Part shown: one piece after another, positions 27,878 to 42,626 of the stretch | How the letters are laid out: every line of letters begins with the position of its first letter | Position numbering within the stretch: position 1 is the first letter of the stretch | NCBI GenBank assembly: GCA_012295275.1 | Contig: CM022679.1 | Span: forward strand, 14,074,001-14,138,000 | Reading direction: 5' to 3' | DNA: 64,000 nucleotides | From: Chrysomallon squamiferum | Taxonomy: Eukaryota; Animalia; Mollusca | Notes under the pieces: generated by a model | What the model saw: the letters and a program-made list of their open reading frames with translations, nothing else | The model's database searches: none | What the model was told of the DNA's origin: nothing | Translations under genes and position numbers: made by a program

Positions 27878-27983
27878 GTGGTCAGTAAAGTTGCTGCTCA
27901 GGCTGGCTATGACCTTGACCTTGGGTATAGACTGCTGGCAGTGTGTGCTTCACACAAGGAAATGTTCACACCCAAATCAGCTG
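27878..27983 (+). CDS. ZMIZ1: Internal coding exon (106 nt, phase 0 to phase 1) of a ZMIZ1/tonalli-like zinc finger MIZ domain-containing protein; N-terminal (Zmiz1_N, TPR-like) domain
   Basis: Acceptor tatttttgtctttgcag|GTG, donor GCT G|gtgagt. Open frame translates [35 protein letters not shown], closely matching the recalled human ZMIZ1 segment [35 protein letters not shown]. Confidence 0.95.
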
Positions 27984-29189
27984 GTGAGTAAATTTATCTT
28001 TTTATTTTGACTTCATTTTTTTTTTTTTTAAATTATTATTATTTTTATTTTTATTTTTAATTTATTATTATTTTCTTCTTTTTTTTTTCAAAAGAAAATG
28101 CTTCCAAAGATGAAACTTGAAAAAGGAAAAGGAAAACACAAATTTATTATTTAAAAAAAAAAAAAAAGGGTTTTGTGTGGGCAAATTTTTATTTTATCAC
28201 TTTTGAACATTGAAATAATAACAGATTTTAAAATTTTATTTTAAATATACATTAAAAAAAGAACACTAACTTAGAAATTGTTATGTTTCCTTTAAATGAA
28301 ACAACCTTGAAAACACAAGTAAAAGATGCTTTTTTCACTTTTTGTGACATTTCAATGTTTAAAACAATTTGCCCTCTGCACAATTTTTACTTGCTTTTTT
28401 TTTTTCTATGATAATATCTCTTCTGATCTTGTTTACAATATTATGTCATAAAGTTTGTCAGAACTTGAAAATTTGGTTTTTGAAAATTCAGACATGGCAG
28501 TGAATCAGTGAATTTATTTTTAACAATTTCTCGACTCATTATAAAGTGAAGTCATTAACAACTATTACTTCTACTATGATAACTATAACTAAGACAACCA
28601 CAGCTACTACTACAACCACTTTTGTGACAACTGCAACTACTACCACTACTATATCAGTTTATTATATGCCTGCAGTAGTCAAAATACTTTTAATTTTTAA
28701 TTTTTAAATGTTTTATCCAGATATAAATATTCATATATTTAAATTTTCACATGGGATACACATTAACCTTTCACTTAAAGTATTTTAAAAATTTCATTAA
28801 TTTTTATATTCTTTTACTAGCTTAAAAGTAAGATAAGCAACATTTTTTAATGATTATATTTTTGAAATAAACCAACTTCATCATTAATTAATTAAATTTA
28901 TTTACCAGGAAGGAACAAGAATGATAATATAATTTTGGTGTCCATACAGAGTTAATAGATCAAATGATTGCAATGACTGTGAATATTACAGAAATTTGAA
29001 TACAAATTCTGGCCCATATGTGATCTGATCAAATCATGTTGACTTTCTAGGAACAAGGTTTTAGTTCTGAAATAAATTACCTATAATTGTTAACTGATAA
29101 AATTGATTAATTATACAAGAAACTGGATACCAGCATTTTAGCATTAAAATAATCTACTCTAGAAGTTTTAATGCAAATGTTGAAATAAT

Positions 29190-29445
29190 CAGGTCCTGTT
29201 GTTGATTGATAAAACTCTTTTGTTAATTGATGAAAGTCTGTTGTTAAATGATAAAACTCTGTTGTTAAATGATATAACATGTTACCTTTATAGAAATGTT
29301 AACAGATATATTTTTTTTAGTTTTCATGATAATTTATTGTTGTTCATTGTTTTATATAGAATGTCTTGAAATTCTGATTCAGATGTTGAAATAATTTCTA
29401 TTAAGATGTTGAAATAATTTTGATTCAGATTTTGAAATAATTCAG
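29190..29445. repeat. Two short minisatellites (~21 bp ctgttgttaaatgataaaact; ~23 bp tgttgaaataattttgattcaga)
   Basis: About 4 copies each at 29195-29280 and 29360-29445. Confidence 0.7.
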
Positions 29446-30999
29446 CCGTATTGTAAATGAATAGAAATAAGCTGAAATTTTGGAAACAAATATTTTTGGT
29501 GTTAAATTAATTTAATTCTATTGATAACTGATAAACCATATTGACCAGGTTTAAACACTTGGATACAAATGTTCTGATTTGACAATTGTCAAGTTAGAAA
29601 CTTTATAATGAGAACACAAACAGAGATGTCGGGTTTTTTTTTTTTTTTTATCTTTAAAAAAAAGTTTCTGAGAATTGCCATTAATTTTGACAAGGAACCA
29701 ACAAGATTGATTTTTGCAAATCTCTTCAAATTATTTGTGGGACAGCATTTTTCTTTTACTAATGATGTCTTGGCAATTCCTGGGAGTTCAAGATCAAATA
29801 AAAAAAAATGAAAGAGAAAAAAATATTGGAAATGCAGAAGTCTTAAAAGAATTTTTTTTTTTTTGAAAAAAAAAAAAAAAAAAAATAAAAAAAAAAAAAA
29901 CAGGCGTAAAAAAAAAAGGCGACTAATGGTTTTTATAAAAAAATGTGTTTATATTCTTTACTAAGACTGCAATAAGGAAGTATCTTTTTTTCCACACTAA
30001 ATAAATCAATAAATAAAACTAAAGTAAAATAATTAAATAATTAAATAATAAATAATAATAAACAAAAAATAAATAAATAAATAAATAAATAAATAAAAAA
30101 CAAAGAAAGAAAAAAGACATTAGGTTATTAGTAATAATCTTTCAACGTAGAATTTATCTCTTTTGAGTAAGTTTAAATAAGGTTGTCAATAATGATTTGT
30201 AAGTTATATCAGTTTGCATTATATTATGTTCATTACCCATTCAACATAACGACATAATTGTAAGAAATTAACTGCTTTGTATTACATGAAGAAAAAATAT
30301 ATATGCATATGTGCGTCTATATATATATATATATTAAAATATCACCTTCTGGATGGTCTAGTTTTATTGACACAAATCTTTACAGAAATTGTCTCAACAT
30401 TTCTGAACTTTCTATTTGACAATCTGTTTCACATTAGAAAATGATTGTGAAAATTTCTCTGCAATATATAACTGAATTTAGTCATATGCATATATACATA
30501 TATATATAATCTCAAAAATAATTTTTATTCTTTCATAACAAAAAAAAAAAAAAATAAACATTTTGTCATATATTTGTAAACAATAACCAACAACAGTTTA
30601 TAAAAAAAAAATATATATAAAATGATGATGCAATCATCCCCCCCACCACAAATCATCCACAATAAAAAAAAAAAATACAAAATGATTTGAAGAGATTATC
30701 TTGATTCTTGCCTGATATTGATTGTCAAGGATGTGATAAAAACATAATTACTTCGGGTCTGAAACACAAAACATGTACACCACAGGCAGATTAATAAATC
30801 ATGTTTGTCGAGGATTATGCACAGCGGCAACTTGAGAAAGGTAAACAGACTAACAGATGAACAGATGTAGAAGTAGCAGCTATTGATTTTTGCGACTTTG
30901 TCTGACGACTAATTGAAACTGCCGTGGCTTGTAACTTTGGCGATTATGAATTATTGTGCGAGCTTTATCTCCGACGTGTGTTTCTTTGTAATGAGAAAT

Positions 31000-31305
31000 C
31001 TGTGAAGTAGTCTTTCTGTTGTGTTTGTAATTTCTCCGAAGTAGCCATTTATGGTTTATATTTTGGGAAGTAGTCTTTCTGTTATGGTTATGTTCCATGA
31101 AGTAGTCTTTTTTTGTGTTATATTCTTCGAAAGTAGCCTTTTCCTGTTTATATTTTGTGAAGTAGTTTTTATGTTATATTCTACAAGGTAGTCTTTCGGT
31201 TTTGTTATATTATGTGAAGTAGTCTTTCTGTTATGTTTTATTATGTGAAGTAGTCTTTCTGTTGTGTTATAGTCTGAGAAGTATCATTTCTGTTGTGTTA
31301 TTTCT
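31000..31305. repeat. Minisatellite, ~31 bp unit (gaagtagtctttctgttatgtttatattttgt)
   Basis: gaagtagtcttt core repeated about 10 times. Confidence 0.85.
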
Positions 31306-32592
31306 ACATATTTCATCATCTCTGTACTGTGTGAAAATGTCTTCTGTCTATACTTTTACAAACTGTTTTTTTTTTTTTTTTAATTATCCATTAATCCTTC
31401 TGTTTATCTAACTTATAACTCGTTGATTCAATACACAACCATTCATTTCATTATGTCGTATAACTAATTAAATATTAATTAATTCATTAACTCACTGATT
31501 TGTCTGTCTGTGAATGCATACATCAAACCAGCACTAATCTGTCAGTTATTTAACTAATTAAGTGTTTAACAAACACAAACATATTTATACACAGACATAA
31601 AATTTTTAATACACACACTGTGATATATGTTTTTAATGATGTACATTTTACAACAACTCACATCCACACACAATACATATAGATGCAGAGACTTATAATA
31701 TTCTCACACATATTTACACATAGATACATACATATTCACACAGAACAAAAATTTACTCTATTGTGCATTGTTTGCTACTCAGTAAATAATAAAATGTAAC
31801 ATAACAGTAATGCATTTTTCACTGTTATTATTTAAAATCATTGCAGTTGTTTTCCAATGAATAGCTGAAATTAAGTTTGTCGTTAATATTAAATTATACA
31901 CATTCTAACTGCATAATAACAGATTTTCTTGTTGTGCAACACTGCAGAAAGGGAGAAAACTCTTGTTAGTGTTGTGATACTGTGTGTGCTTGTCATATTG
32001 ATTAAAACACCAGATAATTATAATTTTCATTATCAGTGAAACATGTAGACAGCAGGCTCACAGACAGAGAGCCAACAGACAAATAGACAATAGACACACG
32101 TGCATTTACATGCAAACATGTACAAATTTTGATACGAAGACTAAAAGACATACATATGTACACCAAATACAGATGACAGACACATGCACATACTGACATA
32201 CAGACTTAGACATGTACATATGTATATATTTATAAATGTTCTCAGGTATGCACATATATACAAACAAAAATGATATCACACACACATATATATATTCTCA
32301 ATTACTCATATACAGTATCACACATATACACACACTAATAAACATCCACCCACACATACACAGATACTCAGTAAGACATTTTAGTTTAATTGCACAACTA
32401 TCCACACACACACACACACAAACATACATACAAACATAAACACACTCACCCACCTGCAGACCAAGTTGCACATATACACTCATGAACCTTTGTCAAGAAA
32501 CAGTAACACATATACACTCAAGTACTCACACGTTGATGCCCACAAACTTACAAATACTCACAAGCAACCTCCTCTGACAATCACTTGTACTT

Positions 32593-32630
<38 letters not shown>

Positions 32631-35600
32631 TCTCAGTGAAACAGTTTCAGTTTATTGGCACATAAATACACACACACATTCACGAAATTTGAGTTTAACA
32701 CATGCACATACATGTGCACATGCACACACACACACAGAGAGACACACACACACATACAGATACACTCACATTCATTTACAGACATACATACAGACATACA
32801 GACACTCAGATATTTGAGTTTAACTGTACCCTGATTCAAAGACACAAAAAAAAAAAAAAAAAAAAAAATCGACTCTATGTCATACGATTCTCAAATTACA
32901 TCTTTTATGTTAATGTGGGTAGGCCAACTTGAAAACACAATCAAAAAAAAAAAAAAAAAAAATCTGTTTAAAAATATATAAGTGAATATATTGTTTTCTA
33001 GATGTTTTCTAGTACAAAGAATAAAATGTTGCGAAAAGAAAACTGATATTGTATTGACAAAACCCACACTGTCAATTTTAATACAACAACTTTATTTCAT
33101 TAGAATATAATTGATCAGTTTTAATAGTACAGTTTTATTCTGTTTTAGCTGTTTTAATTTAATGCATGTGACACTGCAGAGGTTTTTTTTCCAGTAACAC
33201 GTCTTCACAAGTTATTATTATTAAAGTGTCAGTTTCATTAATGACTGATTTAATTAGAGGCTTGATACAAAACAAAAAAAACAAAAAGAAAATAACAATT
33301 TTAATAAGCAGACTTATTATTCATTTATTATTAGAACAATTAAGTACATGTAATTAAATGTGTATATATACATGAGAACACAGACACACATTTACACACA
33401 CACACACACACACACATATTTTAAAGGTTAAAGGTACATTTACACTTTTGCCCTGCATGTTATTTAGTGCAAATAAAACTTGTCTTTTGGTAAAACATTG
33501 AGGTCAGAGGTAACTGAGCTCTCCTGGAAAAAAAAAAAAAGAGCAATAAATTAGTACATTCTAAGTGATATATGTAAACTGACATATCAGTAGAGGAGTT
33601 TTATTTATTTTAACACCATATTAAAAAAAAAGAAAAAACATAAATAAATTTAAAGATTATAACAAAAAATAAAAGCAGAAAAAAAAAAAGAAGAGAGAGA
33701 GAGTAAAAAAAAAGATTAAAAAAAGAAAAGAAGAAAAAAATATGAATAAAACATCCCAAATGATTTTACTCTATGTAATATTATACTTTGATACTTAAAA
33801 CTGATTTTAATTTTTTTTTTTCGTTTCTACTGACATTGCGAAAATTTGTAGATGTCAAAAGCAAAAAATATTTATTCCTTTTTCCAAAAGAAATTCCAAC
33901 TTAAAATTTATATTCCCCCTGTTTTCTTTGTCTCCAAATAACAAATCTTTTTTCACAATACCAGTCTAAAGTATTTCAGAAATTAATGTTTTTTAACTCT
34001 TTTTTTGTTGTTGTTTTCACTTAATCTGAAAGAAAAACCTATTATCTTTACTAGACAGAGTTCAAGAGGTTGTCTAAAATAATCTACTTTTTGCTTTCAC
34101 CTTGTCTGAGAAAAGTAAGTTAAATTATGATCTCAGGGTAAAAATGGAGGTGTTTGAATATAGATATTAACACGTATTAGTAGATTAATGTTTATTTTGA
34201 GGTTTTATTCTTTTCTTTTTTTTTTAAATAAGAAATAATTTGTAATTTGTTTAAACTTCACTTTATAAAGATTAAAGATTTTCATTAATTTTAAACTTCT
34301 ATTAATTAATTAATTTATACATTCATTCATTTATTCATTCATTCAATCATTCATTACTACTGTTGTTCTTTTTTAATTATTTTAAAAATATATTTAAAGA
34401 TTTTAACAATTTTATTTATTTATTTATTTATTTATTTATTCTTTTTTTTATTGCTTTTAAAATTATTATTATTGTTATTATCAATTAATAATATGTAAAG
34501 ATTTTAAAATAATTTACATTTTTAAAATATATGGTACAAATTTATTTTTGCTTCCACTGAGGGTGTGGTTTTGGGATGGGCCAAGTGCTTTCCCCACAAT
34601 GCTTAATAACTTAAAATTATTTCTACTTATTTTAAACTTCTTATGTACTTATGAACCGATTTATGTAACATTTTCTCATACAGGCCCTATATATATGTGT
34701 GTAAATCTTCACATCATTAGGATTGGCATTTATTTATTATTTTTTGTTATAGCATATATTTTTTATATGTATATTCTGGTAAAATGCCAATTGGGATTTT
34801 CTGCACCCCCCCCCCCTAAAATATTCTGGATCTGCCACCACCAATAGTCTGTTCTGTAGTCTGTTTTTTTTTACAATAATTTTACAGTGTTCTTTGAAGG
34901 CATAAAAATAGCTGAGAGCACTATAATAAAAAACATTTATTAAATTATATCAAATATACAAAGAGATGATTAGCAAAAAAGTTATTTTTGTATTTTTATT
35001 TTTAGGCAAGCACAAAAATAGCTCTGTTGTTCAGAAATTTAAACTGTTTTAGTCATAAAAGTAAAATAAAAGTATGATTTTTATAATTTGAACTATTTTA
35101 TTTTTATTTTTTCAAATCAAATCCTAAAATAAACAAAAATTTCAGTATTAATATTGTGATAAAATTTGTTACATTCTGAAGAATTTAAAACCTGTACACA
35201 AGAAAGGCTGAGATTTTGAAAATCTTTTTTTTTTGTTGACATTTTCAACTTTTTAAATTGTCTAGATTTTATTTTTTTTTTTTTTATTTCAAGAAGAACA
35301 CATATAATTGTAAGACAAAAAATAGTAGAGGTATTTAAAAAGCTATATCAATACTAATGTAGTGGCAAAATATTTAAAATTATGATAAATATCAAAAGAA
35401 AAAAGTCTTTATGATTTTAAATTAGTTGATACCACAAAAGAAAAAGAAGTAATAATAAGAAAGAAAAATTTGCAAGAAAAAACTTAATATTTTAAAAAAT
35501 ATAAACAATTAATTTTTTTAAAGAAATATATTTAGTTATATTGAAGTACTAGTTATAATTTCAAATAAAACATTTTTTTCAAAGATTAATATTTAAGAGT

Positions 35601-36190
35601 TAAAATGAAATAAAAATAAAATGAAATGAAATGAAAGGAATGCATACAAAAAGTATTAGCTATGATAACAAATAAAGTATTAAGTTTACAAAATATTTAT
35701 TTTCAAAAGACTTTCAAAAGTTATTTTAATTTTCAGTTGTCCATAAAAAAAAAAAAATCTTAATACAGAATTTCATAAAATAAAATTAAGATAATTCCAC
35801 ATTGTCATAAAAAAAAAAATAATAATAATAAAAATTAAAATAAGTACCAGAATCATAATAACAAATAAGCTATTCATTTTCAAATCACCACAACTTTAAC
35901 ATTATTATTAAGTAATTTAAATACTTCTAGATGTTTTCATGAAAAAGAAAATGAAAAAATAAACAAAATAAGTAAATGTAAGAATAATTACTACAGGTAA
36001 CATATTTATTTACTCCATACAAAGCCTTTAATATTTTAAATATAATTTAAATAATTTAAATAATATCTTAATAATAATAATAATAATAACAGATAAGTAC
36101 CAGAATAATTACAATAAATATAAAATATTTATATCCCCCCCCCAGACACCTTAAATATTTTTAAGTAACTTAAATAATTCTTAATGTCAC

Positions 36191-36229
<39 letters not shown>

Positions 36230-36379
36230 CAGTCATCATAACAAATAAAAGATTTGGCAGCCCAGACAACAAACACAAAGCAAGGTCAAACAGTTCCTTG
36301 TGTGGTATGAAAGGAAACATGTCCAAACAAGAGTATGAGGTTGAAATTTTTGTCAGGTTTTGAAAACTGTATGTAAACA

Positions 36380-36950
36380 GATATAGGTGTGATATTGTAA
36401 CGCTTAGCAACCCAGATACTGTAGATATTATGAGTGATATGATAGTGCTTAGCAACACAGACACACAGTTAACCCATATACAGTTAAATGTCATAACCCA
36501 GTAGTGAATATATATAAATCATATGCTACATGGTGAAATTAAATACAAGGATGTCATAACAGTGAAGATATAAGACATTGATCCATGCACATAGTAGAAA
36601 TATATATGATGTAAGACATGGAAACATGGATACAGTAGAAATACATACAACAATGAAATACTGAAGATGTAACATACACAAAAATCGATCTAGTAGAAAT
36701 ATAAATGATAATACAGTGATACTGCGCATATCAAAATGGATGAAACAGAAATACATATTGTATATCAAAGATGTGACATAGAAACATAAATATAAAAGCA
36801 GTGTGAAAATAATAGATATTGAAAAGATATATACTAAAGGCCAAAGTAGCAGTATTGATATAGTGGATACACAGATCATATAACACATAGCAGTATTAAT
36901 AAAGTGGATGCATAAATGATATATTACACATAGCAGTATTGGTATAGCAG
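36380..36950. repeat. Highly degenerate tandem repeat (gcttagcaac pair; cacatagcagtattgatatagtggat)
   Basis: Duplicated gtgatat...gcttagcaac at 45 bp spacing and three agcagtatt units at ~36848-36945. This is the source of two spurious ~120 aa ORFs. Confidence 0.5.
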
Positions 36951-36964
36951 AGTACTAACATGTT

Positions 36965-37150
36965 AACACTACAAGTGATTTACCAAAGACCAGGGTAGGT
37001 GATTTCCCTGCCCATGAGAAGGTACATATACAAAAGATCCTTTGCTGTGTAAATCAATCATAATAGTCCATGGGGCTTCTTCTCTTATACATCATCAGAC
37101 ATCTAAAAGTAATTAATATAGCAAGCAATCGTTAAACAAACACCCATTCA
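36965..37150 (+). mobile_element. SINE body and tail fragment
   Basis: accaaagaccagggtagg...ccctgcccatgagaaggtacatatacaaaagatcctttgctg...atagtccatg...cgttaaacaaacaccc. Motifs are shared with the other copies in the window. Confidence 0.55.
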
Positions 37151-38900
37151 CTCCACAATCTGCTGACTTTTATTGATCACCTACACAAACATTCATTTTA
37201 TATCTTTTTTTTTTTTTTTTGTCTCCAGTTGTTTTTCTTAATTTATTTGTTTTTTTTTTTTTAATTTTTTAATTTTTTTTTTGTTATGCATATGTGAAAG
37301 AGAAAATATAATCAATGTCTATGTGAATGTGTGTGGGTGTATGGAAATTTGATAAAATCAATGAAAGTGAGGTGAGTTTTTTTTTTTTCTTTTTAATATG
37401 TAGCTGCAGATGTATATGTATTTGAGTGGGAGGACGTCTTTATCTATGTGGGTTGTAGTACAGAGAATCAGGTTTGCCATATATGGTAATGGTCAATACT
37501 GGGGTTATTAATATGAATGACCACCGAAAAGGCCAGTTATTTGTTACTTTGGTTTTTATATTTAACAATGATGATGATGCTAATAAATAATTAAATAAAT
37601 AAATTAAAAATAGAATAAAATAAAATAAATAATTAAATAAATAAATGATTAAATGATTAAATAAAGTAAAATAAATACAAATAAATACAAATAAATAAAT
37701 AAATAAATAAATACTGTTAATAACAAAAGTTGTTGTTCAATTGTAAATTATTTTCTGTTATTATTTCCACTGATTTCGGGAGGTGTTTTTTTTTTTTTTT
37801 TATTTATAATTCATAATAAATGAAATAAAATATTCAGACATTTTCATTTTTTTTTATTTTAAATGAATTTGACAAAATTTATCTAGCATATTTATGTAAT
37901 TTTGCTATCTTTTTGTTTTATGATCAGTAAAAAGAAAAGAACTGATGAAAACAATGTATTCATGTATGTGTGTGTGTTTGCGTTTGCAAGTAAACTGTAT
38001 TAAAAATATATATTTTCATAAAATAATTTTATAAGTAAATAAATAAATAAAATAGAAGTAATAAATAACAGAAATTAATAAAAATGTTAAATAAATATAA
38101 TAAAATAAATTTTTAAAAGTAAAATAACTGCTTTAATTGCTATATCATTTTTCCACATTCAAAGTAATGTATAGTAAGCACTGTAAAAATGGAGGAAAAA
38201 AAAACAATGTATGTTTCAGTAACATGAAACTGTACCACACACACACACACACACACACAGATGTACATGTACATAGACACATACAAAGTGTATATTTCAT
38301 TAACAAAAAATTAAGTTTTTGAGAGAAGTAATGTTATACATAGTCTTACAACAACAAAAAAAATGAAGTTTAATGAAATTGAGATTAGAAATCAAAGCTC
38401 TTACATGAAATAAAGACATTATTTATCAGATGGCGTGATAATATTGTATATATATTCAAAATTATATCTTCACAAAAAAAAAAAAAAAAAAAAAAAAAAA
38501 ATTAAATATCTTCTAAACTCATCCTGATAAAGTTATCTTAAAACAACATATTTTACAAATACCCCCACAAAGAAAGTTAATCTGCATCATGTACAAAATA
38601 ATATGCAGTTAATATACAGTGTATACAAAAAAATATTTTTTTAACATAATTGTACAAAATACTTTTTTTTCTATTTTGTGATAAATTGCAAAATAAAATA
38701 AAAATATGGTATATATTAGTATAATATATTTAACAAAAATACATTTTTATTTATTTATTTGTTTTACCCATGTAAACTATTTTTGATTTTGTGTGATAAT
38801 ATACTACATAATTTAAAAGAGACAAATTTGGTATTACATATTAAAACCCCTAAAACTTTTTATTATTATTTTTCAGTTTTAATATGAAAGGTTTTTGATG

Positions 38901-39203
38901 TACAGAATATTACAATCAAAATAAACAATATTTGATAACAAACAGTCAATTACAAACAAAATAAACAATACTGGATAATATACAGACTATTACAATGAAA
39001 ATAAACAATATTTGATAATTACAGCATATTACAAACAAAATAAATAATATTTGATAACTACAGCATATTACAAACAAAATAAACAATATTTGATAACACA
39101 CAGCTTATTACAAACAAAATAAATAATATTTGATAATTACAGCATATTACAAACAAAATAAACAATATTTGATAATTACAGCATATTACAAACAAAATAA
39201 ATA
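38901..39203. repeat. Minisatellite, 39-40 bp unit (tacagcatattacaaacaaaataaacaatatttgataat), ~7.7 copies
   Basis: Near-identical units read directly, more homogeneous toward the 3' end. Confidence 0.95.
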
Positions 39204-40336
39204 AGCAATATTATATAAAGTGATGGGTGAACTGAATGACCTTTGCAACAAAAAAAATTTGGAAAGAAACAGAGGTAAAAAAACACAAAAAACTTGGGCA
39301 CTGGAAACTGAGAAAGGGTCAGTCTAGGATAAGTAAACTTCAAACAACTTGGATGCAGGCTTCTGGCAAATCTTAAACACATACTGTACAATTCTTTATT
39401 GGACTACATAATCCCAATATCCTAATACATCATCATCGTCATCATCATCATTGTTCTTTTGCAGTTGTTGTTGCTATGATGTAAATCTTTGGGTTTAGAA
39501 ATGTGAAGAAATTGTTGCTAGTGTGTTTGTGTGTGTGTGTGGGCTTTTTGTTTTGCTGCTTTTTTTTCGTATGTTTGAGAGAGAGAGAAAAAGATATAGA
39601 AATGAATAGATTAGAGAAAAGTTGAGAAAAGAGAGAATAAAAATGAAAGCCAATAGTGCAGAAAGTATAAAAATACATCAAAGACTATGATTACTTTGAT
39701 CAGACTGATTTTAAAGGAAATATATATCTATTTCTTATTCTCAATGCAATCAAATGTATATGTTTGAAATTTTGTTTGGTTGTATCACCTTTTTATTATT
39801 TTCAATATATTACAAATCTGTTGTTTATTTTAAGGAAATATGATGTAATAATATCTCATACTATATCTATTCTTTCCTATCCTTCTCAAAGGATTATATA
39901 TAATTAATAAATGAAAAGTCATGTCCTATTTTGTTTCTTAAAAATAAATAATTTTGATTTTTTAATGGTATTCATAATAATCTCTTACTCTAGCCAATGC
40001 GATATAATGATAAGCTTGTTATGTGATTGATATACATTGTGTACAGAGTGTTTATTTTTAAATTTTATTATTATTGCTTTAAATAACATGTTTACGTTAC
40101 ATCGGTCACATATGCACTTAACAAATAATATCATATTTGGCTGAGTTTGTGATCCCAGTTTGTGCCTGTAAGGAATATGTGACTTCATGACAGAGATTAT
40201 TTACACCTGTAATCAGTGGTATTCTGACCTTGTTTAACCTACCTGTCTACTTGTATCCACTTGTTTGTACAGGTAAATGAAAGCTGCGGCCCCTGTCTGC
40301 TTTGCAGTGTCACGGTATCATTCTCCTGTTATGTAG

Positions 40337-40630
40337 TTTATCGTTTGACGTGTAATAACACCTTGTTAAGTCATGTGAAAAATAAAATGTTCAGTTATAA
40401 TGTTAAATTAAACGGTTTTATCATTCATTTGACTTGTAATAACACCTTTTTGAGTCGCGTGAAATAGAAAATGTTCAGGTATAATGTTAAATTAAATGGC
40501 TTTATCATTTGTCAAACAATAACACCTTGTTAAAGTCTTTGAAAAAGATAATTTTCAGGTATAATGTTAAATTAAATGACTTTATCATTTGACAAATAAA
40601 ATGTTCAGGTATAATGTTAAATGGCTTTAT
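40337..40630. repeat. Tandem repeat, ~80-84 bp unit, 3 full copies plus 1 internally deleted copy
   Basis: tttatcatttgac...aataacaccttg...aaaatgttcaggtataatgttaaattaaatggc recurs. Confidence 0.9.
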
Positions 40631-40631
40631 T

Positions 40632-40688
<57 letters not shown>

Positions 40689-41104
40689 ATTTATACAAAC
40701 TGAAAAGAAATCTTAAACTTGATGAATGAAAGATGAAGATTAAAAAATAATGTATAAATATCCATTTGTATACAATAAATTTTAAATTTAATTAATAAAA
40801 AAGATGAAAAAATATGTAAATACCCATTTCTATAAAAAAAATTTAAACTTAATAAATAAAAAGGAGAGAATACAAAATATAAAAAAAGATAAATAAATTT
40901 AAAAAATATATAAAGAAAAAATAATAAAATGTAATAAAAGAAAATATGATTAGAAATATAAGTAAAATAAATTACTTTAAAAGAATTATAAAAAATATTA
41001 CAGTAAATAATTAAATAATAATTAAAATTTAATAAAAAATAAATTAAAATTGAAATGTAATAAAAGAAAAGAATAGAAATAAAAAAAATTACAATTTTTA
41101 ATAA

Positions 41105-41137
<33 letters not shown>

Positions 41138-42049
41138 ATATGCATATATATAATATTTCTAATACACTTTTCTTTTCAGTTTTTTTTTAAAATCCCACTC
41201 AGCATGATACAAGTTTAATAACCTCAGCAAATTTCTTTTTTTTATTTTATATTTGCTTTTCTTCTTAGCAGACTTATCTTTGAAATAAATCAAACAGATA
41301 ATAAAATTTTATACACTTGTAATATAAATAAATATATATATATATATTTAAAAAAATAAAAAAATGTTCATCCTAACATCACTTTCAAATACTCTTGCTG
41401 AAGATGCCAAATAAAAACTCTGCCAAAAAAGGTTTCTATCTACGATATCTAACCTGCTATGAATATAGCGTACATTTTGGCCTGCTATTAGGAACCAGCT
41501 GAGATTTGGCGAGACTTCATGTCTCAGAGAAAGAAAGAAAAAAAAAAAAAAAAAAAAAATAATAATAAGAGAGAGGAGGGAAAAAAAAAAAAAAAAAAAA
41601 AAAAGATCCCCGCGTTCCATTTCTTATGAAAATGTGCAAGTGGGGTCTTTCACTGAGGAATTACAGCACAATTTATTGTGTCTGATGTGTGTTAACTTTG
41701 CTGCCGCCGCAGCTAACTAAACAGTTTGCTCTCTGGCATGCAGTGCCTCCTTGCCTGGTGCACCTATTATGCAGAAAATGTTAAGGGTCTTTTGAAAGAA
41801 TGAATTTCTTGTACTTATGCTGGTAACAGAATAGCAGATGAAGATCTCTTTGTTCTAAGCTTCCCTTAAGATATGTCGACATGTTGAGGGAAATAAAATG
41901 TTTCAGAAATGCGTAGAATTGTTTAATTAATGAGTTGATTTTGTAATAATTTTATTTTATTTTGTCCATAAAAAGAAAAGAAATAAAAAAAAAAGATAGA
42001 GATTCAGTTGTCCAATGACTTTCCTTTCAAAGGTATTTTTTTTTTTATG

Positions 42050-42240
42050 ATTTTCCATGAGAAGTTGCTTGTAACAGATTTCCTTGATGTTAACTAAAAT
42101 ATCTCATTGTGTGGTAGTAGTGAATTTCCTCTATAATTATCTGTCATATGTAATTTGTTTTTACCATTAATATATGTACTGCCATATAACTCAGGTTAAA
42201 ATGTTTTGAGCACATCATTAAATAGAAATATTTCTTTTTC
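42050..42240 (+). mobile_element. SINE body and tail fragment
   Basis: ccatgagaagttgc...tgtggtagtagtgaatttcctct...gccatataactcaggttaaaatgttttgagcacatcattaaatagaaatatttc. Shares ccatgagaag with the 37.0 kb copy. Confidence 0.5.
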
Positions 42241-42579
42241 CTATTACAAAAATTAATATGTATGTGTTAAACATATAAAAATAATTACAGCTTCAAATTA
42301 TATGATGAAACAACCAAGAAAACTAAATTTTTTAATAAATTATTTTCAGATAAACCATTAAAACTGTGAAGCTAATTTATCAGGCTTCTTTAAAATTAAT
42401 TATTCTTTATTTTCCAAATCCAACCAGTTGGTCATATATAATTAAAATCTTACTAAAAAGGTTGCTGCTAGTTAAAAAAGGTATAACCATTGCTTAATGG
42501 TGTGAGTCTTTGAAGCTTTAAAATATAAACAAACATGCAAAATACAATACTTTATTTTGTATCTTCAGTTTCTCTCTTG

Positions 42580-42626
<47 letters not shown>

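Noticed and set aside
31000-31305. CRISPR-like array (conserved gaagtagtcttt core with variable gaps)
   Set aside because: The gaps are degenerate copies of each other, the period is only ~31 bp, the context is eukaryotic and there are no cas genes. It is a minisatellite.
34555-34845. Non-autonomous element ending cccccc...ctggatctgccacca
   Set aside because: It resembles a common invertebrate repeat terminus, but no matching other end or second copy was found in the window.
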